DNA of 64,000 nucleotides from an uncultured Gemmatimonadales bacterium (GCA_963730185.1 CAVSQW010000013.1:32001-96000); one strand, 5' to 3'; shown: positions 29,717 through 40,140, numbered from the stretch's first letter. A program made the numbers and translations. The notes: generated from the sequence alone by a model not told the origin.

Positions 29717-30746
29717 GGAGTAACCTCGATGACGACCTTCCCAAAATGGGCCCCGCCTTCGAGCCGCGCGTACGCCTCCGCCCCCCGCTCGAGGGGGAAC
29801 ACCGCGTCCACGGGCGGGCGGAGGGCGCCCTGATTGGCCACGGCCATCATCGCCCGGAACTCGGCCGAGGTGCTCATGGTGGAGCCGAGCAGGCTCCACT
29901 GGAACCAGAAGAGCCGGCGGAGGTCGAGGCTCACCTGCGGGCCAGTGGTGGCCCCGCAGGTTACCAGCCGGCCGCCGGGCCGGAGGGCCCGAAGCGACCG
30001 GTCCCAGGTGGCTTCGCCGACCGAGTCGACCACGACGTCGGCGCCGACCCCGGTCAGGGTCCGGACCTGACGGGTTACGTCATCGGTCCCGTGATTCAGC
30101 AGCACGTCGGCGCCGAGGGCCCGAGCCCGCTCCAGCTTGGCGTCGGAGGAGCTGGTCACCACGACCCGGGCCCCAAGGTGTTTGGCGATCTGGAGCGCGG
30201 CGACCGCCACGCCCCCCCGATCCCCCAGATCAGGACCGTCTCGCCGGCGGTCACACGAGCCCGGGTGACGAGCATCCGCCACGCGGTCAGGGTCGCCAGC
30301 GGCAGGGCCGCGGCCTCGGGCCACGACAGGGCGGGCCCGATCATGGCGAGGTTCCGGGCCGGGACCACCAGATACTCGGCCGCCGTTCCCGGGAAATGCT
30401 CGCCGATTACCCCGAACGACCGGCAATAGGGCTCGTCACCGGCCTGGCAGAGCGGACAGTGGCCGCACGAAAGGCCCGGGTTGAGGACCACCCGGTCTCC
30501 CGGAGCTAGCCCCGTTACGCCCGAGCCGACTTGGTCGACGATCCCGGCGGCGTCGGTTCCCACAATGTGTGGAAAGCGCAGCTTTGACCCCGGAAGTCCT
30601 TGCAGGACAAAGAGATCGAGGTGATTTATGGCGGCCGTGCGCACCGCGATCCGGACCTGGTCAGAGGCCTGAATCTCGGGATCGGGCAATTGGGAGAGCC
30701 CGAGGCGGTCCAAACCGCCAAGGCCACTCAGCGTCAGAGCTCGCAT
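29713..30746 (-). CDS. Zinc-binding alcohol dehydrogenase / quinone oxidoreductase, one frameshift in a G-run near 30215
   Basis: 'INHLDL', 'GTDAAG', 'CGHCPLC...C'. The reading ...WGIGG(G)VAVAALQIAK needs one more G in atc-ggggggg-c. C-terminal 'GKVVI'. Confidence 0.82.
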
Positions 30747-30852
30747 AGCTTGAATTGGCAGCTAGGATGTGCAAGATATAAGACGCGTCCGCGCGGCGCC
30801 CGGGAAGCTCTGCGCGAATTCACGCCAAATAGCCCGTTGGGAGGAAGTCAGC

Positions 30853-31335
30853 ATGGCCGCGTTCCACGATATGGAAATGGGTTGGTCTGGCTCCGGGTGG
30901 ATGGAACCAATGCCATCGTCGCCTCCTCCTCCTCCGCCGCCGCCGCCGGAGCCGGTTTCGCCGCCGCCCCCGCCGCCGCCCCCGCCGCCTCCACCCCGGC
31001 CGGTCGCGGCCAAGCCGGCCGCCAAGAAGCCGGCCGCCGTCCCAAAGCCGGCGGCCAAGAAGGCAGCCGCCAAGAAGCCGGCCGCCAAGAAGCCGGCGGC
31101 CAAGCGGAAGGCGGCCAAGAAGAAGGCGGCCAAGCGGAAGGCGGCCAAGAAGAAGGCCGCTCCAAAGAAGGCGGCCAAGAAGAAGGCGGCCAAGAAAAGG
31201 GTGGCCAAGAAGAACGCTGCGAAGAAAAGGGCCGTGAAGCGGAAAGCCGCGCCCAAGAAAAAGTCGGCGAAGAAATCCGCCCGGAAGCCCGTGAAGAAGG
31301 CCGCCAAGAAGAAGGCCGCTCGGCGGAAGCGGTAG
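30853..31335 (+). CDS. Histone H1-like Lys/Ala-rich protein with poly-proline linker
   Basis: GAGGAAG RBS; P9 and P12 runs, then about 110 aa of (P/K)AAKK repeats; followed by a terminator. Confidence 0.75.
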   Translation: MAAFHDMEMGWSGSGWMEPMPSSPPPPPPPPPEPVSPPPPPPPPPPPPRPVAAKPAAKKPAAVPKPAAKKAAAKKPAAKKPAAKRKAAKKKAAKRKAAKKKAAPKKAAKKKAAKKRVAKKNAAKKRAVKRKAAPKKKSAKKSARKPVKKAAKKKAARRKR

Positions 31336-31355
31336 CCTCCGTCCGGACGGAGCTG

Positions 31356-31393
31356 GGAGGCGCTCTCCGGCCTGGGGGGCGCCTCCTTTCGTT
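31356..31393 (+). terminator. Intrinsic terminator
   Basis: ggaggcgctctcc-ggcct-ggggggcgcctcc stem followed by tttcgtt. Confidence 0.6.
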
Positions 31394-31410
31394 GACCCGG
31401 GAGACGAGCC

Positions 31411-32319
31411 GTGATGGACGCATCGCTCAACGAGCTCACCCGCTATTTCGCCGACCGCCCCAATCGGGCCGGCGTGCTGGCGAGGTCGTGGTTGGGTCGT
31501 CGCTCTCGCGACGACGACCGCCACCGAGATCACCTCGTTACGGCCGCGGCGGCCTCGATCGGGACCGATGGCAGCGTCCGGAGCAGTCTCCTCGCCACCG
31601 CGGTGACGCTGATCGAGCTCGACCGCCTCGAAGCCCCGGCGCCGGTCCGCGACCCCTTGATCCGCTGGTTGCTGGGGCGGCAGTTCCGCCCGGGCGCCTT
31701 CTCCGAGGGGTGCACGGCGGCCCGGCATCAGCACCGGGTCTGCGAGCATTTCCTGAGCGGCTTCTTCTCACCGGCCTCGCCGGCGCAGCGGGCCGCGCCG
31801 ATCACCCTCCCGAATGGCAAGGAGTTCCGGGTCGAGTCGCAGGTCAGGTTCGTCTCGAGCTGCGTTGCCCTGGATGCTCTGGCTCGGTCCGGGCGGACGC
31901 ATGAGCCCGGGGTAGAGCGACACCTCGATAGCTTCGAGGCGCTGCTCGACGAATGGTCCGCCTGGGGCGAGTTCCTGCCGCCCGACCTGGCCTGTTCCGC
32001 GCTGACCGCGCTCGCCTCGGCGGACGACCGATGGCGGCCGATCATCGACCCGCTGGTCGGGATCTTCGGCCAGCACCAGCAGAGCGATGGGACCTGGCGG
32101 GACACCGACTTCTTCCACGCGCTCGACGCCTTGGGTCGGGTTCGGTCCGATGCCGTGGTCCCGCTGCTGGAGCGGGCCGCGCCGACCCTGCTCCGGCGAC
32201 AGCGCGACGACGGGTCGTTTGGCAGCGTGGCGGCGGACGAGCGGGCCCTGATCGGCCTCCGGGTGTTGTTGCGGGTGGCCGGGCGGCCGGCGGGCCGGCC
32301 GGCCGGTACCGGCAGCTAG
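31411..32319 (+). CDS. Hypothetical protein with prenyltransferase/squalene-cyclase-like QxxDGxW repeats
   Basis: 'QQSDGTW', 'QRDDGSFG', '[12 protein letters not shown]'; Cys/His cluster '[13 protein letters not shown]'. Confidence 0.65.
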   Translation: MMDASLNELTRYFADRPNRAGVLARSWLGRRSRDDDRHRDHLVTAAAASIGTDGSVRSSLLATAVTLIELDRLEAPAPVRDPLIRWLLGRQFRPGAFSEGCTAARHQHRVCEHFLSGFFSPASPAQRAAPITLPNGKEFRVESQVRFVSSCVALDALARSGRTHEPGVERHLDSFEALLDEWSAWGEFLPPDLACSALTALASADDRWRPIIDPLVGIFGQHQQSDGTWRDTDFFHALDALGRVRSDAVVPLLERAAPTLLRRQRDDGSFGSVAADERALIGLRVLLRVAGRPAGRPAGTGS

Positions 32320-32380
32320 CCGCGATCCGGCCGGCCGTGCGACCGTTGGCCAGTCCAGCCGTCTCCCCCTGGAGATTTCC

Positions 32381-33454
32381 ATGACCTCGAGTCCGCGCGA
32401 CCAACGACCCCGGATCCGGCTCAGCTCGCTATCCCACGGCGCCGGTTGAGCCTGCAAGCTCGGCATGGCCGAGCTGGCGCAGGTGCTGCGTCACGTCCCC
32501 AGGATTCCGGATCCCAACGTGCTGGTCGACGCCGCGTCGCGAGACGACGCGGCGGTATACCGGATCGCGCCCGACCGGGCCCTCGTCGTGACGGCCGACT
32601 TCTTCACTCCCATCGTGAACGATGCCGCCGCCTGGGGGGCGATCGCCGCGGCCAACGCGCTGAGCGACGTGTATGCCATGGGGGGAAGGCCGTTCCTGGC
32701 GCTCAACCTGGTCGGCTGGCCCCGCGACCGGCTCCCGATGGAGCTCCTCGGCGAGGTGATGGATGGGGCCGCCCGAGTCATGCGAGAGGCCGGCTGCCTG
32801 ATCCTCGGCGGCCATTCGATCGACGACCCCGAGCCCAAGTTCGGGATGGTGGTCGTGGGCGAGGTCCATCCCGATCGGCTGCTCACGAATGCCGGGGCCC
32901 GCCCCGGTGATCTCCTGGTTCTCACCAAGCCCCTCGGAACCGGGATCCTGGCCACCGCCCTCAAGCGGGAGGTCATCACCGACGCCGAGATGGCGCCGGC
33001 GATCGCGCTGATGACCACGCTCAATGCCGACGCCGCCCAGGCCGCGTTGGCCCACGGCGTCACCGCCGCGACCGACGTGACCGGCTTCGGTCTGATCGGA
33101 CACCTCGGCAACATCGTTGCCTCGAGCGGCGTCGGCGCCCGGATCGACGTGACCCGCGTCCCGACCATCCCTGGGGCGCTGGAGCTGACCACCCAGGACG
33201 TCGTGCCCGACGGGACCCGGCGGAATCTGGCGTCGGTCGCGGTGGAGTGGTCGGACGACGTGTCGAGCGCCGAGCGCCTGCTCTGTGCCGATGCCCAGAC
33301 GTCGGGTGGCCTGCTGCTGGCCGTTCCACCCGACCGGGTGCGGGGCCTGATCGACGCCCTGCTGGAGGTCCGGACCCCCGCCAGCCGGGTGATCGGAGAG
33401 GTCACCGCGGAGCCCGGGGTGATCCGAGTCACCCGCGGGAGCGGGATCCTGTAG
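32381..33454 (+). CDS. selD: Selenide, water dikinase (selenophosphate synthetase), selenocysteine-containing
   Basis: GGAGA RBS and ATG at 32381 read MTSSPRDQRPRIRLSSLSHGAG-TGA(32447)-ACKLGMAEL. Downstream SelD motifs: DDAAVY, DFFTPIV, NALSDVYAMGG, GGHS, TKPLGTG, TDVTGFGLIGH, DAQTSGGLL. Confidence 0.93.
32450..32484 (+). promoter_or_regulatory. Bacterial SECIS-like hairpin
   Basis: Immediately 3' of the UGA: lower stem gcctgc/gcaggt, perfect upper stem agctcggc/gccgagct, apical loop atg containing a G. Confidence 0.75.
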
Positions 33455-33465
33455 CCCTCCCCCCC

Positions 33466-33533
33466 GGCCCGACTCCCTACTCCCTACTCCCTACTCCCTC
33501 CCCACTCACCAGTCACCACTCCCAATTCACTAT
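33466..33533. repeat. Heptamer array C (C-rich arm)
   Basis: tccctac tccctac tccctac tccc tccccac tcaccag tcaccac tcccaat tcactat. Confidence 0.88.
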
Positions 33534-33541
33534 ATTCCGTC

Positions 33542-33763
33542 GTGGCTTTTCATTGGTCTCCCGCCCGTATGGATCTCCTCGAGCGCGCCGCCCGCGACGG
33601 TCGCCGCGTGGCCGTGGTGCGCCGGGGCAACGAATACGTGGTGGTGGCCCGGCGGATCGATGCGCTGAGCTCCCGCGAGGCCCTGATCGGCGTCCACCCG
33701 ATGACCGGGGACGAGATCCGGTTCGAACTGGCCGAGATCGAAGCCTTCCAGGTGGTGGGATGA
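33542..33763 (+). CDS. Small hypothetical protein
   Basis: 73 aa with globular composition. TATATT lies 5 nt before the GTG. Stop overlaps the rnhA start (ATGA). Confidence 0.65.
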   Translation: MAFHWSPARMDLLERAARDGRRVAVVRRGNEYVVVARRIDALSSREALIGVHPMTGDEIRFELAEIEAFQVVG

Positions 33764-34419
33764 CTGGGCGACCGATTCGGGCCGCGGTGGTGCACCTCGA
33801 CGAGAGCTGCCTAGGGAACGGGCGCGAGGGGCCGACCCCGGGTGGCACCGGCGGGCTGATCGAGGTCCGGACGACGAGAGGCGTGGAGCGGCGGGAGTTT
33901 GCGATCGCGTCCGCCGACACCACCAACAACCGGATGGCCTTGGCCGGCGCGATCGCGGTGCTGCAACTTCTGGCCGCCAAGGGGAACCGCCTCCAGGTCC
34001 TCATCGTCTCCGATTCGGAGTACCTGGTCCGGGGGGTCCGGGAGTGGCTCCCGGGTTGGATCTCGCGCGGGTGGAAGCGGAAGGCCGGCCCGATCGAGAA
34101 CCTGGAGCTCTGGCGGGCACTCGACTCGTCGCTCCGGCAGCACGACCCCCAGCTCACCTGGGTCCGAGGTCACGCCGGCCACCCCAAGAACGAGTTCGCG
34201 AACGACCTGGCGGTCGCGGCGGCGAAGACCCAGGCCACGACCGATGGCCTGATCGAGTCGACCTTGCTCGAGTGGCTGGGCCGCCAGCGGGAGAAGGGAC
34301 GGTACCTGGACTACGATCCCGACCAGGCGTTCACCGTGCTCGAGCAGCGGCTCAAAGCCCGCGAGAGGCTGCCGCTCGCGCTCGAGGAGCGCCGCGGCCC
34401 GACGGAGCAGGCGTCGTGA
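33760..34419 (+). CDS. rnhA: Ribonuclease HI family protein (atypical active site)
   Basis: 'HLDESCLGNG', 'TTNNRMAL', 'SDSEYLV.G..EW..GW..RGWK', 'NLELW', 'WVRGHAGHPKNE'. Confidence 0.85.
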   Translation: MTGRPIRAAVVHLDESCLGNGREGPTPGGTGGLIEVRTTRGVERREFAIASADTTNNRMALAGAIAVLQLLAAKGNRLQVLIVSDSEYLVRGVREWLPGWISRGWKRKAGPIENLELWRALDSSLRQHDPQLTWVRGHAGHPKNEFANDLAVAAAKTQATTDGLIESTLLEWLGRQREKGRYLDYDPDQAFTVLEQRLKARERLPLALEERRGPTEQAS

Positions 34420-35198
34420 CCGATCTCGAACTGCTCGTCCGCCGGCTCGTTGACCGGATCCAGGAAAAGGACCCGGCCGCGATCCACCGACCGGTCACCC
34501 TCAAGGACGTCCGGCGGGGCCTGTTGCCGTACCGCGCCTACCGGAACCCCCTCCGGCTGACCAGCGTCGAGGATTACGACCTCCTGCTGCTCCGCCTCTG
34601 CGCCGGGGAGGGGGACTACGTCCGGATCAACCCGCCCGAAGCCGCCGAGCGTTGTCGGCAGGAGGTGGCCGGCCCGAACCCCGATCTGACGCTGGTCTCG
34701 GAGCTCGACGAGGTGACGGTGCAGATCGGCGCCGAGGCGCTCCAGCGGGTCATGAGCCTCGAGGTCGACGTCCCGTCCGCGGCGGCCGAGCCGGTCCAGC
34801 CGGCGAGCGACTTGCCGCTGCTCCCTCTCGACGCGCCCGAGCCGCCGGCCGCCACGCCGATGCTCGAGGAGCCGGACATCGAGCTGCCGCCCGCCCCGCC
34901 GCCGCCAGAACCGAGGCTCAGACTGTCGCGGCCGGAACCCACGCCCAAACCGGTGCTCCGGCTCTCCCGCACGGAGCCGGCCCCTCCGGACCCCTCGAAG
35001 TCCGGGGCCGAGGCCGCGCCGACCTGTCCGCGCTGCCGGGAGTCGCTACCCCGAACCCGGCGGGTGGTGTTCTGCCCCTTCTGCGGCGAGCGGCTCGACC
35101 CGCTCCGCTGCTCGCGGTGCGGGACGGAGCTCGAGCCGGGCTGGAAGCACTGCATCACCTGCGGCCGTCCCACCACCTCCGACGGAGAGTACGTGTGA
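34416..35198 (+). CDS. Double zinc-ribbon domain protein
   Basis: GTG overlaps the rnhA stop. Pro-rich linker; C-terminal CPRC, CPFC, CSRC, CITC. Confidence 0.78.
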   Translation: MTDLELLVRRLVDRIQEKDPAAIHRPVTLKDVRRGLLPYRAYRNPLRLTSVEDYDLLLLRLCAGEGDYVRINPPEAAERCRQEVAGPNPDLTLVSELDEVTVQIGAEALQRVMSLEVDVPSAAAEPVQPASDLPLLPLDAPEPPAATPMLEEPDIELPPAPPPPEPRLRLSRPEPTPKPVLRLSRTEPAPPDPSKSGAEAAPTCPRCRESLPRTRRVVFCPFCGERLDPLRCSRCGTELEPGWKHCITCGRPTTSDGEYV

Positions 35199-36112
35199 CC
35201 GCGCCCGACCCGAAACAGATCGATCGGGCGGCGCTGGACAGGATCATCCAGCGGGCGGCCGAGCTGCAAACCGGCGAGCGTGAGATCGGCGACAGTCTCA
35301 CACCCGACGAGGTCATGTCTCTCGGTAAGGAAGTGGGCATTCCGGCCCGCTACCTTCGCCAGGCCATGCTCGAGCACCAGTCGCTCACGCCGACGCTGGG
35401 CGGCGGCACGGTGACGGGTCGGTGGGTGGGCCCCGCGGAGATCGAGGTGCAGCGGGTGGTCCAGGGCAGCCAGGAAGACGTGCTCCGCTCCCTGATGGCA
35501 TGGATGGAGAAGAGCGAGCTCCTGGTGCTCCAGCGGCAGCAGCCCGGCTGGGCGAGCTGGGAGCCGCTCCGAGGGATGCAGGCGGCGATCCGCCGGGGCA
35601 CGGCGTCGCTCGACACCAAGAAGCCGAAGTTCATGCTCTCCCGGGCGGAAACGGTGATCGGCACGGTGGCCCCGCTGGAGCCGGGCTACTGCCACGTCAC
35701 CCTCGCCGCCACCCTGCGCCGGACCAGGGCCGGGTACCTCGGCGGCGCCGTGACGCTCGGCACGGTCGGGGTCACGGCCACGGGCATTCTCTTTGCCCTG
35801 AGCGCCTTTCCCCTCGTGGCGCTGGCCCCCCTTCTGCCGGCCGCTCTCGCGTCGGTGGCCGTGCTCCGAAGCTTTCGGCCCGTGGCCGCCCGGGTCCAGT
35901 TGGGGTTGGAGCGGGCACTCGATTTCCTCGAGCGAGGCGGCGTCAAGCCGGGTCACGAAGCGCTTCCCAAGTCGCCGGGGCTCCTCGAGCTCCTGGCCGG
36001 AGAGGTCCGGCGCGCGCTGACCGCGGGCGAAGGGCATGCCCGAGAGGCCCAACGACGCGGCCGGCTCCGAGGGCCGGACGCCAAATCCCGAACCGGACAC
36101 GACGACTCATGA
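35195..36112 (+). CDS. Hypothetical membrane protein
   Basis: GTGA coupling; 'RIIQRAAELQ...LGKEVGIP' N-terminal domain; two TM segments. Confidence 0.7.
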   Translation: MTAPDPKQIDRAALDRIIQRAAELQTGEREIGDSLTPDEVMSLGKEVGIPARYLRQAMLEHQSLTPTLGGGTVTGRWVGPAEIEVQRVVQGSQEDVLRSLMAWMEKSELLVLQRQQPGWASWEPLRGMQAAIRRGTASLDTKKPKFMLSRAETVIGTVAPLEPGYCHVTLAATLRRTRAGYLGGAVTLGTVGVTATGILFALSAFPLVALAPLLPAALASVAVLRSFRPVAARVQLGLERALDFLERGGVKPGHEALPKSPGLLELLAGEVRRALTAGEGHAREAQRRGRLRGPDAKSRTGHDDS

Positions 36113-37002
36113 CCCAGCCCAAGATCTCCACCGTCGGCGTGATCGGCGCCGGCCTCATGGGAAGCGGCATCGCGCAGGTCACCGCTGCGGCCGGCTTCCC
36201 AGTCGTCCTCCGCGACGTCGACGACGCCTCGCTCGCCCGGGGGCGCGCCGCCATCGAGGGCTCGCTCGCCAAGTTCGTCGAGAAGGGCAAGCTCACGGCC
36301 GCCGACCGGGACGCCACCCTGGGCCGGCTCTCGCTCACGACCGATCTGAGCCAGGCGGCCGCCGCCGACCTGGTCGTCGAGGCGATTCCCGAGGATCTGG
36401 AGCTCAAGAACCGGCTCTGGCGCGAGCTTGACGGCTCGAGCCCCGCCGGGACGATCTTCGCCTCCAACACCTCCAGCCTCACCATCGCCGCGATGGCGGC
36501 CGTGACCCGCCGGCGCGACCGGTTCGTCGGGCTCCACTTCTTCAGCCCGGTGCCGCTCATGCCGCTCGTCGAGGTGGTCCGCACGGTGGGTACCGCGCCC
36601 GAGGTATTCGCCGCCGCCTTCGCCTTCGCCCAGGCCATCGGCAAGGAGCCGATCGCCGCCAAAGACACCACCGGGTTCGTGGTGAACCTGTTGCTGGTGC
36701 CCTTCATGCTCGACGCCGTCCGGGCCCTCGAGCACGGCGTGGCGTCGGTCGAGGACATCGACAAAGGGATGAAGCTGGGCTGCAACCACCCGATGGGTCC
36801 GCTCACCCTCGCGGATTTCACCGGGCTCGACATCTGCTACCACGTCGCCGAGATCATGTTCGAGGAGTTCCGCGAGGCCCGATACGCCCCGCCCCCGCTG
36901 CTCAAGCGGCTGATCCTGCTCGGCCACCTGGGTCGGAAGACCGGCCGCGGGTTCTACGACTACTCGGTCAAGCCGCCCGTGCCGGCCGACCTCGGGCTCT
37001 GA
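36109..37002 (+). CDS. hbd: 3-hydroxybutyryl-CoA / 3-hydroxyacyl-CoA dehydrogenase
   Basis: 'GAGLMGSGIA', 'VVEAIPE', 'SNTSSL', 'GLHFFSPVP', 'HPMGPL', 'GRKTGRGFY'. Confidence 0.9.
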   Translation: MTQPKISTVGVIGAGLMGSGIAQVTAAAGFPVVLRDVDDASLARGRAAIEGSLAKFVEKGKLTAADRDATLGRLSLTTDLSQAAAADLVVEAIPEDLELKNRLWRELDGSSPAGTIFASNTSSLTIAAMAAVTRRRDRFVGLHFFSPVPLMPLVEVVRTVGTAPEVFAAAFAFAQAIGKEPIAAKDTTGFVVNLLLVPFMLDAVRALEHGVASVEDIDKGMKLGCNHPMGPLTLADFTGLDICYHVAEIMFEEFREARYAPPPLLKRLILLGHLGRKTGRGFYDYSVKPPVPADLGL

Positions 37003-37013
37003 GCCTCGCCACG

Positions 37014-37691
37014 ATGCGGCACGCCGCCGGCCGGATCGCGCTCGCCACCCTCGCCCTCGTGGCGTGCAAGGCGACGACCAGTCGGCCCTCGTTCGTGCCC
37101 TTTCCCGAGGCGGGCCACGGGGAGATCGGCTTCGGCAACCCCGATCGGGTCGCGACCATCACCCAGGCCACCCAGGTCCTGGCCGAGGCGCTCCGGGCCG
37201 ACAGCATCCCGGTCGCCCGGGTCCACGTGAGCGACGGCTACCTCGAAACCGGATGGTTCGACGCGGCCTCGCTCACGCCGACCGGCCGGCGACCTCTCGG
37301 CCCGGAGGTGGTGAAGGTCCGCGGATGGGTGGATCCGGCCAAGCCGGGCTTCAGCGATCTCGAGGTGGAGACGGTCTACGTGCCCTACGCCGACCCGTCG
37401 CGCCCCGAACGTGACCTCGAGGCGCCCGTGGCCGCCGACCATCCGGTGGCCACGCGGGTGGCCGGCGTGATCAAGGCGCTGGTCGAGAAGTTCGGCGAGC
37501 CCGACACCACCACCGTCCGCGCGGCCGCCCCCGGCGCCAAGCCACCGGTTGCCGACACCGGAGCCCGGCCTGCCGCGTCCGGCCAGAAGCAGAAGGCGGC
37601 GCCCGCCCCGGTGGCGAAGAAGGTCGTGGCCGACAGCGCGAAGAAGGCCCCGCCCGATACGACCCGTCCCTTCATGGCCCACTTCCCATGA
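37014..37691 (+). CDS. Lipoprotein of unknown function
   Basis: Lipobox LVAC; 'DGYLETGWFD'; low-complexity tail. Confidence 0.7.
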   Translation: MRHAAGRIALATLALVACKATTSRPSFVPFPEAGHGEIGFGNPDRVATITQATQVLAEALRADSIPVARVHVSDGYLETGWFDAASLTPTGRRPLGPEVVKVRGWVDPAKPGFSDLEVETVYVPYADPSRPERDLEAPVAADHPVATRVAGVIKALVEKFGEPDTTTVRAAAPGAKPPVADTGARPAASGQKQKAAPAPVAKKVVADSAKKAPPDTTRPFMAHFP

Positions 37692-39331
37692 ACGGCCCCA
37701 AGGACTTCGCCGGCGTCTGGCGCACCGACGGTCGTGCCCGCGCCTCCTACAGCGAGGGCGCCGGTATCTACCGGATCGTTCCATCGGCCATCGCCGTGCC
37801 TTCGACCACGGCGGCGCTCGCCCGGCTGGTAGCCTGGGCCAAGCAGGGCAAGGTGAGCCTGGTGCCTCGGGGCGCCGGCAGTGCGATGCCGGGCAGCAAC
37901 GTCGGCTCGGGGGTGCTGGTCGACCTTCGGGCCCTCGACGGCGCCCCCCTCACGATCGACCCCGTGGGCCAGCTTGCCTATACCGGCGCCGCCGTCACCC
38001 TCGGCGCCCTCGACGAGCTGGCCGGTCGCCACGGACTCCGGATGCCGGTCGATCCGTCGAGCGCCCGCTGGGTGACCGCGGGCGGTGCCGTCTCCACCAA
38101 TGCGTCCGGCTCGAGAACCGTCCGCCACGGCAGCGTCCGCCGGTGGGTTCATGGACTCGACCTGGTGACCGACGACGGCGAGGTGGTCCGGCTGGTGCGG
38201 GGCGAGCCGATTCCCGACTGCGACCTGGGCCGACGGTTCCGCGAGGAGGCGGAGCAGACGCTGCGGCTGGCCCGCTGGCGGGTGGCGGGCGGCTTCCCGA
38301 AGGTCCGGAAGAACACCGCCGGGTACGCACTCGACGCCTACCTGACCTCCGGCGACCTGATCGACCTCATCGTAGGCGCCGAGGGCACGCTGGGGTTCGT
38401 GACCGGAGTGACCTGGCGCCTCCAGCCGATCCCCGCCGCCCGGGCCGGCGTCCGCGCCGCCCTCCGCGACGTGCGCCGCCTGGCCCACGTGGTGCCCGCG
38501 CTCCTCGAGCTCGATCCCAGCCGGGTGGAGTTCCTGGACGGGACGATGGTCGGCTATCTCGGTGACGATCTGCGCGCGATTCCGCAGGCCGAGGCCGTCG
38601 CCGCCAAAGGCGCCTTGCTGATGGTCGAGTTCGAGGGCGAGACGTCCGAGGAGCTCTCCGCCGGCCTCGAGCGGGCGGTTGGCATCCTCCGGGGCGAAAG
38701 CGTCGAGGTGCTGCTGGCCAAGGACGGACCCGAAGCCGACGCCATCTGGGCCATCCGGCACGCGGCCAGCCCGCGGCTGGCGCAGCTGGGCGAGCACCGC
38801 CGGTCGCTCCAGGTCATCGAGGACGGGTGTGTGCCGGTCGAGCGACTGGGCGACTACCTCGCGTCGGTCCGGACCGCGGCCCAGCGGGTGGGGATCGTGG
38901 TGGTGATGTTCGGACACGCGGGCGACGGCAACGTGCACGCCAACCTCCTGCCTGATACCCAACGCGACGGCTGGCCCGACGGTCTTCGTCAGGTGTACGA
39001 GACCGTCAGCCAGGCGGTGATCGGCATGGGCGGAACGCCGAGCGGCGAGCACGGCGACGGCCGGCTGCGGGCTCCGCTGCTCGAGAAGGTCTACGGCTGG
39101 GAGATCATGCAGCTCTTCCGCCTGGTGAAACGGGTCTTCGACCCGACCGGGATCCTCAACCCCGGGATCAAGCTCCCGCTCGACGGGCCGGCCCTCGCGT
39201 CGCTCAAAGTTGGCCCCGACGCGGTGCCGCTTCCGATTGACATCGAGCGAGCCCTCCGGTGGGTCGAGCGGGACGCCGGCTACCTGGCCGATCGCCTCTC
39301 GCTCGCCGACGACCCGTTGTCCACGCCCTGA
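37688..39331 (+). CDS. FAD-linked oxidase (GlcD/D-lactate dehydrogenase-like)
   Basis: 'PRGAGS', 'DPSS...T.GG....NASG', 'GAEGTLG', 'GHAGDGNVH', 'SGEHGDG', '[10 protein letters not shown]'. Confidence 0.88.
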   Translation: MNGPKDFAGVWRTDGRARASYSEGAGIYRIVPSAIAVPSTTAALARLVAWAKQGKVSLVPRGAGSAMPGSNVGSGVLVDLRALDGAPLTIDPVGQLAYTGAAVTLGALDELAGRHGLRMPVDPSSARWVTAGGAVSTNASGSRTVRHGSVRRWVHGLDLVTDDGEVVRLVRGEPIPDCDLGRRFREEAEQTLRLARWRVAGGFPKVRKNTAGYALDAYLTSGDLIDLIVGAEGTLGFVTGVTWRLQPIPAARAGVRAALRDVRRLAHVVPALLELDPSRVEFLDGTMVGYLGDDLRAIPQAEAVAAKGALLMVEFEGETSEELSAGLERAVGILRGESVEVLLAKDGPEADAIWAIRHAASPRLAQLGEHRRSLQVIEDGCVPVERLGDYLASVRTAAQRVGIVVVMFGHAGDGNVHANLLPDTQRDGWPDGLRQVYETVSQAVIGMGGTPSGEHGDGRLRAPLLEKVYGWEIMQLFRLVKRVFDPTGILNPGIKLPLDGPALASLKVGPDAVPLPIDIERALRWVERDAGYLADRLSLADDPLSTP

Positions 39332-39345
39332 CCGGAGGACGGGCC

Positions 39346-40140
39346 ATGCGTCAGTATCTCGACCTCCTTCGCCACGTGCTCGATCGCGGCCGGCCCAAGG
39401 CCGATCGGACCGGCACCGGAACGCTCAGCGTCTTCGGATACCAGATGCGGTTCGACCTCGCGGCCGGGTTCCCGCTGGTCACCACCAAGAAGCTCCATAC
39501 CAAGTCGATCATTCACGAGCTGCTTTGGTTCCTCCAGGGCGACACGAATGTCAAATATCTGAACGATCACGGCGTGTCGATCTGGGACGAGTGGGCCGGA
39601 CCGGACGGTGATCTCGGCCCGATTTATGGCCGCCAGTGGCGGTCCTGGCCCAGGCCGGATGGCGGCAGCGTCGATCAGATCACCGAGGTCGTCGACCGGA
39701 TCCGCCGTGACCCAGACTCGCGCCGCCTGGTGGTGAGCGCTTGGAACCCCGCCGAGCTCGGCCGCATGGCCTTGGCCCCGTGCCACGCCCTGTTCCAGTT
39801 CTACGTGGTGGACGGCCGGCTCTCCTGCCAACTCTACCAGCGGAGCGCCGACATCTTTCTCGGCGTCCCCTTCAACATCGCGTCGTACGCCCTGCTGACC
39901 TTGATGGTGGCGCAGGTCACCGACCTCGCGCCGGGAGAGTTCGTCCATACCTTCGGGGACGCCCACCTCTACACCAATCACCTCGATCAGGCGCGGCTTC
40001 AGCTGGGCCGCGCGCCGGCCCCGCTCCCCACCATGCGGCTGGACCCTTCCGTCCGGTCGATTCTGGACTTCCGATTCGAGCACTTCTCGCTCGAGGGATA
40101 CCGCCCGGCGCCATCGATCCCGGCGCCCATCGCGGTGTAA
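39346..40140 (+). CDS. thyA: Thymidylate synthase
   Basis: 'DRTGTGT', 'ELLWFL', 'LAPCH', '[18 protein letters not shown]', C-terminal IAV. Confidence 0.97.
   Translation: MRQYLDLLRHVLDRGRPKADRTGTGTLSVFGYQMRFDLAAGFPLVTTKKLHTKSIIHELLWFLQGDTNVKYLNDHGVSIWDEWAGPDGDLGPIYGRQWRSWPRPDGGSVDQITEVVDRIRRDPDSRRLVVSAWNPAELGRMALAPCHALFQFYVVDGRLSCQLYQRSADIFLGVPFNIASYALLTLMVAQVTDLAPGEFVHTFGDAHLYTNHLDQARLQLGRAPAPLPTMRLDPSVRSILDFRFEHFSLEGYRPAPSIPAPIAV

Noticed and set aside
30200..30230. Programmed frameshift or phase variation in the dehydrogenase G-run
   Set aside because: A one-base shortfall in a homopolymer is the typical long-read error, and other indels occur in this window. It cannot be supported without reads.
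30762..31439. Minus-strand ORF rich in AAFF/AAGF and poly-Gly
   Set aside because: Antisense shadow of the Lys/Ala/Pro-rich gene. The plus strand has the RBS and terminator.
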